Shown: positions 1 through 7,000 of the stretch, piece by piece
Numbering within the stretch: the stretch's first letter is position 1
Layout: each line of letters begins with the position of its first letter
DNA from: Micrococcales bacterium
GTDB taxonomy: Bacteria; Actinomycetota; Actinomycetes; Actinomycetales; Dermatophilaceae
Length of the DNA stretch: 25,611 nt
Assembly: GCA_031406655.1 (NCBI GenBank)
Contig: JANOHS010000581.1
Location: forward strand, 1-25,611
Direction: 5' to 3'
The notes under the pieces: generated by a model
Told to the model about the DNA's origin: nothing
Seen by the model: the letters and a program-made list of their open reading frames with translations, nothing else
The model's database searches: none
Position numbers and translations under genes: made by a program

Positions 1-1416
1 CCCTTCCAGAACCGTTGTGGTGATCGTGCCCGTCGCGCCGGCGACGTTCACGCTGCCGAAGGCGCCGGTCATCGGGGTGCCGAAGCCGGGGCCGGTAGTG
101 ACGGCATCGTCGATGACGATCTCGGCCTGGTCGACGTTCGAACCACCGGTGGTGGCATCGCTGAGGTCAGCGGTCACGGTGACATCGCTCAGGCCGTTGG
201 ACGGGTTGGGGGTGACGCTGATGCTGGAGGAGACCGGGCCGACCACGTCGTCGTTGGGCAGGGGCGCAGCTGTGTCCAGGAAGGTGAGCATGCCACCAAA
301 GGCAAAGGACAGCGGGTCTGTGGTGGTCTGCCCGTTGTTGTCCAGGCGGCCGGCAGCCTCGAAGAGCGTGACCTTGGACTCCGGCCCGGAGGGCATCGTG
401 ACAAGGGTGTCGAGGGTGACTCCGGGGTCGACCGACGCGATGACCTCGGTCTCGGCGTACTGCGTGGCGTGACCACCCTGCGCGACCTGCGTCTGGTCGG
501 CGCCCAGCAGGCTCATGGCGTGCGACTGCGAGCCGACGTTGACGTAGCGCAGCAGGACCCGGTGTCCCTGGTCGGTGCTGATCGGGTCCGTCTCCGGGAA
601 GGGCTTGCCGTTGATCAAACGGTATGCCGGGGCGAACTTGCGCATGTCGAAGGTGGCCGGTGCGGCGTTGAGGGCGGGGTCGATCTCGCTGAGCACGACC
701 ACTGCGTCATCGTCGTACGTCGTGTCGGGGTAGTCCCTCACCACGCCGTAGGCGTTGTGTGTCTCGGACGGCGGGTCGGTGGCGGGGACGACCGGGACAG
801 CCGGAGGAAGAACCACCAGTGCCCCCGCGAGGCCCATCGCCACCTGACGGGTGCCGTTGGCGGTGTGGCCGGCCTCGTAGATGAAGGTGCCTGCCCGGGC
901 GGCCGAGAACGTATAGGTCGCGGTGGCGCCCTGGGCGACGCCGACCTCCTCCGCCTGGGCAGAAAGGCCCGCGGTGAAGGCGGTGGTCGGCTGCCCCGGG
1001 AAGGCCAGGGAGACCTGTTGCCCGGCGAGCTCGTTGTGCAGGGTGACGGTGACGGTGTCGCCCTGGTTGACCACCAGCAGCGGTCCGGGCGCGGTGGCCG
1101 TCTCAGCAGCGCCAGTGCTCGAGAAGCCCCAGATGGGGATCGGCGCACCGAGCACTGAGGTGGTGCCGGCCATCGCATAGAGATGACAGGTGGGCGTGGT
1201 TCCGTTCGCGGTGCAGCCCTGAGGAGCCAGCCTGCCCACCGCGATCGCGGGAACCACGGCGGACGGGTGCGAAGCCGCCGCCGTGGCGGCGTTCGCACTC
1301 AGCGGTGTCGCGAGCAGGCTGATCGCGGCCACCATGCTGGCGGTGGCGATGAGTGCGACGCCACGCAAGGTGTACGAACGCGGGGCTGACGGGTCAGCCG
1401 ATCCGATGAGTGTCAT
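1..1416 (-). CDS. MCO-C: secreted two-domain cupredoxin (multicopper-oxidase-like) protein lacking canonical Cu ligands, fused to a C-terminal Ig-like region; 3' end lies outside the window
   Basis: Absent from the ORF track because it has no stop in the window. I translated it by hand from ATG 1416 (GAGGA RBS overlapping the upstream stop at 1426-1428); it is open for 472 codons to position 1. MTLIGSADPSAPRSYTLRGVALIATASMVAAISLLATPLSANA is a signal-like N-terminus. It has PGPLLVVNQGDTVTVTLHN, SLAFPG, TFIYEAGH, AMGLAGALVV, LSEIDP, LINGKPFP, VLLRYVN, HAMSLLG and FGGMLT, collinear with the two upstream paralogs. A beta-rich segment (GPVSSSISVTPNPSNG...VTVTADLSD...GGSNVDQAEIVID) follows. Confidence 0.85.
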   Translation of the reverse strand, partial: MTLIGSADPSAPRSYTLRGVALIATASMVAAISLLATPLSANAATAAASHPSAVVPAIAVGRLAPQGCTANGTTPTCHLYAMAGTTSVLGAPIPIWGFSSTGAAETATAPGPLLVVNQGDTVTVTLHNELAGQQVSLAFPGQPTTAFTAGLSAQAEEVGVAQGATATYTFSAARAGTFIYEAGHTANGTRQVAMGLAGALVVLPPAVPVVPATDPPSETHNAYGVVRDYPDTTYDDDAVVVLSEIDPALNAAPATFDMRKFAPAYRLINGKPFPETDPISTDQGHRVLLRYVNVGSQSHAMSLLGADQTQVAQGGHATQYAETEVIASVDPGVTLDTLVTMPSGPESKVTLFEAAGRLDNNGQTTTDPLSFAFGGMLTFLDTAAPLPNDDVVGPVSSSISVTPNPSNGLSDVTVTADLSDATTGGSNVDQAEIVIDDAVTTGPGFGTPMTGAFGSVNVAGATGTITTTVLEG

Positions 1417-1425
1417 CGCCAGTCC

Positions 1426-2730
1426 TCAATTCGCCTGGCAGCCGTTGGGAGGATCGATGCGGAAGACCGTCATCATTCCTCCGAAGGCTGCGCCGTAGTT
1501 GGTGGCTTGCTCCAGCGCGTGGCTGTGGGCGATGTGGTAGTACTCGCCGCACTCGTTGTTGGAGGTGATGTTCGTCGGCAGGGGGTTCTTGGTCCCGAGG
1601 TAGGGGCTCTCGCTGAACCACGAGTCCGGGCCGACGAGGTCCTGGTCGGTGATCGCGGGGATCTCTGTGGGGATGGGGTTGGTCTCGGCGTTCCACTGCT
1701 CGACGTCGCGCCAGTCCATCAGGGCGTCAACGGTCTGCCCGGGCTTCACATCCAGGAGGTACTTCAGGTAGGACAGGTCCTGATCCTGACCTGCGGGGCC
1801 GGCCAGGGCGTGTCCGTCCTTGTTGACCACCCGCTCGTCGCTGCCGTGGGGGTGGAACGGGAAGTTGACGCTGCCCGCGTTGATGTACCGGATGACTGCG
1901 GGCAACGGGTTGGTGGTCGCGTCGTAGGGGCGGATGTGCACCAGCGCTCCGTAGGGCTGACCCGGAAGCCACGAGGCGTTGTTCGGCGCCAGGGTGTCCG
2001 GCATGCTGCGCCCGTTGATCATGAAGTACCGGGGATGGAACGCCTTCCAGTTGATCGGCTGCGACATCTCCACTGCCAGGTGCAGGTCGGGGTCGACCTC
2101 GGAGAGCATGTACACGTACTCGTGTGCCGGGTTGAAGGCGGAGTCGGCGCGGCCGTTGACCTGGCCAGGCGCTCCGGCGGGGCGCACGACGAGGGCGCCG
2201 TACAAGCCCATCTGCTTCTGCTTGTTGACGTCGGTGCCGCTCTCATAGAGGTAGGTGCCGGGGCTGCCGGCGGTGAACGTGTAGGTCACCGAGCCGTTTG
2301 TCTTGGCGGCACCCTGCACCAGGGAGGTCAGCGAGCCGCCGGTGTCCAGCTGCGGCTGGGCCGGGTTGCCGTTGGCCTTCACGCCCTTCTGCCCCGGGAA
2401 CACGATGGAGGTCGCCTCGGGAAGGGTGTTGTGCAGGATGACCGTGACGGGCAGACCGGAGGTCACGCACAGGGTCGGCCCCGGCAGCTGGAAGCCGCGC
2501 TTGCTGTTGCCGTAGCTCCACATGTAGATCGAGTTGCCGTCCGGGGTCAGGACGTAGCCGTCCTGCGCGGTCAGCGAGAAGGTCTGTTGTGCGTCTGTGT
2601 CGCACAGCAGCCCCTCGGAGGTCGCGGCCCCGGCAGCGCCGGGGTTGGTCACCGCTGCGGAAACGATCAGCGCGACGACCGTCGCTGCGACGGCGAGCCG
2701 CCGCGGTGCGAGGTGGGAAACGAGATTCAT
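1426..2730 (-). CDS. MCO-B: secreted two-domain multicopper-oxidase-like protein retaining only domain-2 HxH motifs
   Basis: 434 aa with a GGAGA RBS and a signal-like N-terminus (PRRLAVAATVVALIVSAA...AAGA). Cupredoxin motifs include FQLPGPTL, QMGLYGALVV and FMINGR. Domain 1 is degenerate (TSIVFPG, TYLYESG). Domain 2 has FPFHPHG (about 1843-1863) and HIAHSH (about 1519-1536), with no type-1 Cys. Confidence 0.9.
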   Translation of the reverse strand: MNLVSHLAPRRLAVAATVVALIVSAAVTNPGAAGAATSEGLLCDTDAQQTFSLTAQDGYVLTPDGNSIYMWSYGNSKRGFQLPGPTLCVTSGLPVTVILHNTLPEATSIVFPGQKGVKANGNPAQPQLDTGGSLTSLVQGAAKTNGSVTYTFTAGSPGTYLYESGTDVNKQKQMGLYGALVVRPAGAPGQVNGRADSAFNPAHEYVYMLSEVDPDLHLAVEMSQPINWKAFHPRYFMINGRSMPDTLAPNNASWLPGQPYGALVHIRPYDATTNPLPAVIRYINAGSVNFPFHPHGSDERVVNKDGHALAGPAGQDQDLSYLKYLLDVKPGQTVDALMDWRDVEQWNAETNPIPTEIPAITDQDLVGPDSWFSESPYLGTKNPLPTNITSNNECGEYYHIAHSHALEQATNYGAAFGGMMTVFRIDPPNGCQAN

Positions 2731-2752
2731 GGCATCTCCTCGGTCGGTGTCG

Positions 2753-4027
2753 TCACGCGTTCGCGCTGGTCTGTGTTGGATAGGCGTCGACAGCCTGCGG
2801 GTCCCTGACGAGGATCTTCGTCATCATGCCGCCGTAGCCCGGGCCGCCACCGTTGTGCAGGTAGGAGTACTTGCGGTCGTAGAGGAGGTACTCCCCGGGG
2901 TCGGGCGCCTCGAAGATGACGTCCCGGCTCTCGCCGGGGCCGACGTCGACGGTGTTGGAGATGAGGTAGTTCGTTGTGCCGTCGCGGCCCTTGAGCAGCA
3001 TGGCGTCCTTGGCCACGACCTGGAGGTCGACGTTGTCGACGCTCATCGTGTGGTTCTGGTAGCCCAGGTTGGACAGCCGCAGCAGCACCCGGTCACCGGA
3101 GTTGCACGTGACCAGGGACGAGATCGGCTGGTACTGAAGCCGTCCGGCAGCCGCCGACAGCGGGTTGCCCGTGGGCTCGATCGTGTCGGGGTAACCACGT
3201 CCGTTGAGCAACCAGAAGTTGGGGTCGTAGTCGGTCCAGTCGCTGACCTGGATGTGGGCGTCGCGCCAGTGGGCGGCCGACCACATCTCCGTGATCATGA
3301 ACGCGAACTCGCGGTCGTAGCGGGTGGAACCGTCTCCGTCGTTGTAGGCGTACTTGGTCCCGACCGGGTCGGTGCCGATCGGCGTCTTGTTCTGCTTCGG
3401 CCGGACGAAGACCATCCCCGTCATACCCATCTGCACGTGCTCCACGTCCTCGAAGTGGCAGTGGTACATGTACGTACCGGCGTCGTGTGGGCGGTAGAAG
3501 TAGGACAGGTCGCGACCGACCGGGACCGCGAGCGAGAGCTCGGGGACGCCGTCGAACAGCGGGATCGCGTTGACGAAGCCGTGCCAGTGCAGGGTGTGCC
3601 CGTCGAACAGGTCCGGGCGTACCAGAAGCCCCAGGTTGGTCAGGGTGATGATGATGTTGTCCTCCTCGTCGAAGGCAAGCATCGGCGCGCTGATCTGCGC
3701 CTTGCCCCGCTGTGCGGCCACCCCGGCGGCGTCCATGCCGGTGACGTCGCGGAAGCCGAACACATACGTGTCGAAGGGACTGGGCGCCAGGGAGTCGGGG
3801 AAGAACGGCGGGTCGACCGGGGAGTTCGCCGGCATGGAGACCCAGCCGTCGGTGCCTGCCAGGTGCAGCTCCTTGGTGCCGGGCGGTAACGCCCGGACCA
3901 ACCCTCCCGCCGTCCTCGTGGTGGCCCCCGCCATCTGGGAGCCCAGCAGGGTGGCGCCGGCCACGACCGCTCCTCCGGTGAGGAACGACCGGCGGCTGAA
4001 GCCGGGGCGTGATCTGTTCTCGTTCAC
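2753..4027 (-). CDS. MCO-A: Tat-exported two-domain multicopper-oxidase-like protein with type-1 Cu site and HxH motifs in domain 1 only
   Basis: Start reassigned to GTG 4027 (GGAGA RBS at 4032-4036), giving 424 aa. Twin-arginine signal SRRSFLT. Domain 1 has HTLHWHG (3578-3598) and YHCHFEDVEHVQMGM (about 3420-3466). Domain-2 equivalents are degenerate (NHTMSVDN, YLLYDRK). Confidence 0.92.
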   Translation of the reverse strand: MNENRSRPGFSRRSFLTGGAVVAGATLLGSQMAGATTRTAGGLVRALPPGTKELHLAGTDGWVSMPANSPVDPPFFPDSLAPSPFDTYVFGFRDVTGMDAAGVAAQRGKAQISAPMLAFDEEDNIIITLTNLGLLVRPDLFDGHTLHWHGFVNAIPLFDGVPELSLAVPVGRDLSYFYRPHDAGTYMYHCHFEDVEHVQMGMTGMVFVRPKQNKTPIGTDPVGTKYAYNDGDGSTRYDREFAFMITEMWSAAHWRDAHIQVSDWTDYDPNFWLLNGRGYPDTIEPTGNPLSAAAGRLQYQPISSLVTCNSGDRVLLRLSNLGYQNHTMSVDNVDLQVVAKDAMLLKGRDGTTNYLISNTVDVGPGESRDVIFEAPDPGEYLLYDRKYSYLHNGGGPGYGGMMTKILVRDPQAVDAYPTQTSANA

Positions 4028-4082
4028 GGGATCTCCAGAAGGGTGAGTCGGGCTGGTGCAGGGGTCGGCAGCAGGACGGTGG

Positions 4083-7000
4083 TCATGGCTGGAACTGGTC
4101 GGAGCCGGCGTCGTACCGTCGGTTCGGAGCGATACCTGTGGGCCGGGGCTGTCCGTCGATGTCCGGGCTGGGTGCGTTGACGGTGTAGGTCCAGCCCGAC
4201 GTACCAGGTCCCCAGACCGCCAGGGTGCTGGCGGCACCTCGCCCGTAGGCGGGGGAGGAGGAGCTGAGCAGGTGGTAGTTGCCCATCAGGCTCGGCGGCA
4301 GGATCTCGGTGACGATCACCGCCTGTCGGAAGGCCGGCCAGGTGCGCAGGCCCAGGAAGCTGACCGACACGTCGAACGGGTCCACGAACATCGGGTCGTC
4401 GCTCAGCGTCGTGTTGGTGCCGCCGTCGGTTCCATCGGCGCTCTGGATGACCGAGCTGACCGGCGAGAGCACACCGGAACCGTCCGCGGCACCCATGTCC
4501 CAGTTGGTGACGTCGGTGGGGCCGGCGAGCCCCAGACCGGAGACGAGACCGCCGCTGAAGGCGCCTGCTCGGTTGTCCGAGAACACGTTGTTCAGCAAGG
4601 TGGGCTTGCTGAAGACCGTGTTGGCCAGAATTGCCGAGCCGGGGAACAGAGTGGTGGTACGCAACCTGGCCTGCAGCGGGTCGCTGTTGGCACCCGTGGA
4701 CAGGCCCGCGGGGGCCGCAGAACCGTCGCTGGTGACTGCGGTCGCGGTGGTGAGGTTCTTGACCACTGTGTTGTTCGCGATGTTCACGAAGACCGCGTCG
4801 TCCAGGGCCAGCCCACCGCCCTCATGGGCGGAGACGTTGTTGGCGATGGTGTTGTTGGTGATCGTGATGAGCTCGGGCCTGCTCCGCCTGATGTGGTTGC
4901 CGCTGGTCTGCAGCAGCCGCACGCCACCGCCGTCGTCGTTGGCCAGGTTGGCCTGGATCACGTTGGCGTCGATGGTCACGGGACCCGACCCCTCCGACAA
5001 CGCGGTCGGGACGGCCGGCAGCTCGCCGGCGATCATGACGCCGCCGCCTTCGTCGTAGGAGGCGTTGAACCAGATCCGGTTCTTGATGATCCTGCCGCCG
5101 CTGGCGTTGTAGCCGAAGGCCGAGACCGCGCCGCCATACTCGGCGGAGTGGTTGCCGCAGATCGCGTTGGCCTCAACGGAGTAGTTGTTGGTGCCGGCGA
5201 ACAACCCGATGGCACCGGCGAGGTTGGTGCCGCCGTTGTCACGGATCTGGTTGCGCGCCACGACCAGGTTGTCGTTGTTGTTGTCGCCGACATACGGCGT
5301 GCCCACCCGGAGAGCTCCGCCGTAGGAGCCGCCGTTGCCACGGATCACGTTGTCGGTCAGCCGCAGTCCGCGGACGTTGTTGTGCACGTAGATGCCGCCG
5401 CCTTGGGTGATCAGTGCACCGGTGGCGCCGTATGGCGTGCTGACACCGCCCGTGATCGCGTTGATGTTGCCCACGAAGTCGGACTGCGCCCCGCCGGTGA
5501 TGGTGAATCCGTCGATGGCCAGGTTGTAGGACGCCGGAACCAACCCAGCCAGAGCCGGGTCGTCCAGGACCGTGACCACAGCGGCGCTGGGCACCGCCGG
5601 GTTGCCCGAGTAGGTCAGGCCGCTCAGCAGGGTGATCCAGTTGTCGCCGCTGGGCTGGTCGGGGTTGAAGCCTGCCCCGTCGATGATCGATCCCGGCACG
5701 TACGTGCTGCCCTGGAAACCGCCCGGGCCGACACCCTGGATGCGCACCTGGTGGTGCACGATCAGGTTCTCCGTGTACTCACCTCGGGGGTTGTCGGTGG
5801 TCTGGGCGTTGGGCCAGACCACGACCAGCCAGAACGGCTTGGCGGAGGTGGGCGTTGCAAACTCGAGCGCCTGCTGGATCGTGTTGAACTGCCTGCCCGG
5901 GCCGACCTCGGCGAGCCGTGGCCTGCCCGCAGTGGTTCCGTCGACGCTGGCGCTGGCCGTGCCCAGGACGTGGATGGTCAGGGCGTTGTACGTCGAGAGG
6001 CCGGTATCCGCCCTGGTGATGCTCAGGGCGTATGCCCCGGTATTGAAGGCAAAGGGCACCACGAAGGACACCTGGGTGTCGGTCCAGCTGGTGGTGGGCC
6101 TGGTCGCGCCGTTGAGCCTGAGCACGCCGGCCGTGCCGAAGCCGATGCCCTTGACCGTCACCGTTCGGTTGGGAGCGGAGGCCTCGTTGCGCACATACGG
6201 CCGGTTGACCGCGAATATCTGGGGTGCGCCCGCTCCCAGGTCGCACATGGTCGGGTTGGCCGCCGTGGCGCCGGGCGCAAGGATCGTCGCGGCCACCTGG
6301 GTGGGCGCCTCGTCGGTCACCGTGTAGAGCCCGGGCCAGGCCTGGAAGTTCGTGGCAATCGTCCTGAACCGGGGGTTGAAGTCCGGGTTGAGCGCGCCTG
6401 GCTGGCCTGGGTCGTTGCCCACGAACCGGTACATGTTCGCGCAGGGCCCTGCGGGAACCGGGCAGTTGAACGTGCCGGTCGAGGGGACCAGCGCCTCATA
6501 GAATCCGTTGAAGTCGGTGTGGGTGGTGTAGGAGAGCCGGCCGAAGGAGTCATACAGGCCGACCGGCACGTGTGCCAGGCCCTGTGCCTCGCCGTAGTTG
6601 ACGCTTCGCTTGTCCAGAGCCAGACCAAGGTCGTTGATCGTGATGCCCCAGAAGTGGGTCGGCAGCGGCACCTCGGTGAAGAGGGTGAAGCTGGGCGCCG
6701 TGGCCTGGGCGTTGCGCACCGTGACGAGCTTGTCCTCGCAGGAGGGCCTGTCCATGCCCTCGAACGGGCTGCCGCCACCGTCCACGAACGCAGGGTGGGT
6801 GACATGGACCGTGTGCAGTGCGCCGGCGCACGGCGAGACGATGCCACCGGTCTGCGACGGGTCGGCGCTCGGCTGCGTCGGGTCCGCAGGTGGCGGCGGA
6901 GCGGCGCCGTCAGCCTCCTGCGCGGTTGCGGGCGGGAAGTTCTGCTGTGGCAGGAAGCTGTCACCGTCGAAGACGTTGAGGTCCTCCTCCGAGGTCGCCT

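Noticed and set aside
1-2730. MCO-B and MCO-C as pseudogenes
   Set aside because: The frames are intact with RBS and signal peptides, the non-ligand fold motifs are conserved, and the ligand losses are patterned and complementary rather than random.
469-3889. Long + strand ORFs 469-1158, 1507-2808 and 2597-3889
   Set aside because: Antisense shadows of the three cupredoxin genes, with no motifs or RBS support.
2753-4027. MCO-A as copper nitrite reductase (NirK)
   Set aside because: NirK has HNIDFH with a catalytic Asp and HCA; this protein has HTLHWH and HCH, and lacks the domain-2 T2 His.
4028-4237. N-terminal extension of MCO-A in the ORF track
   Set aside because: It overlaps the end of the upstream gene. 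The GGAGA RBS and the position of the Tat motif support GTG 4027.
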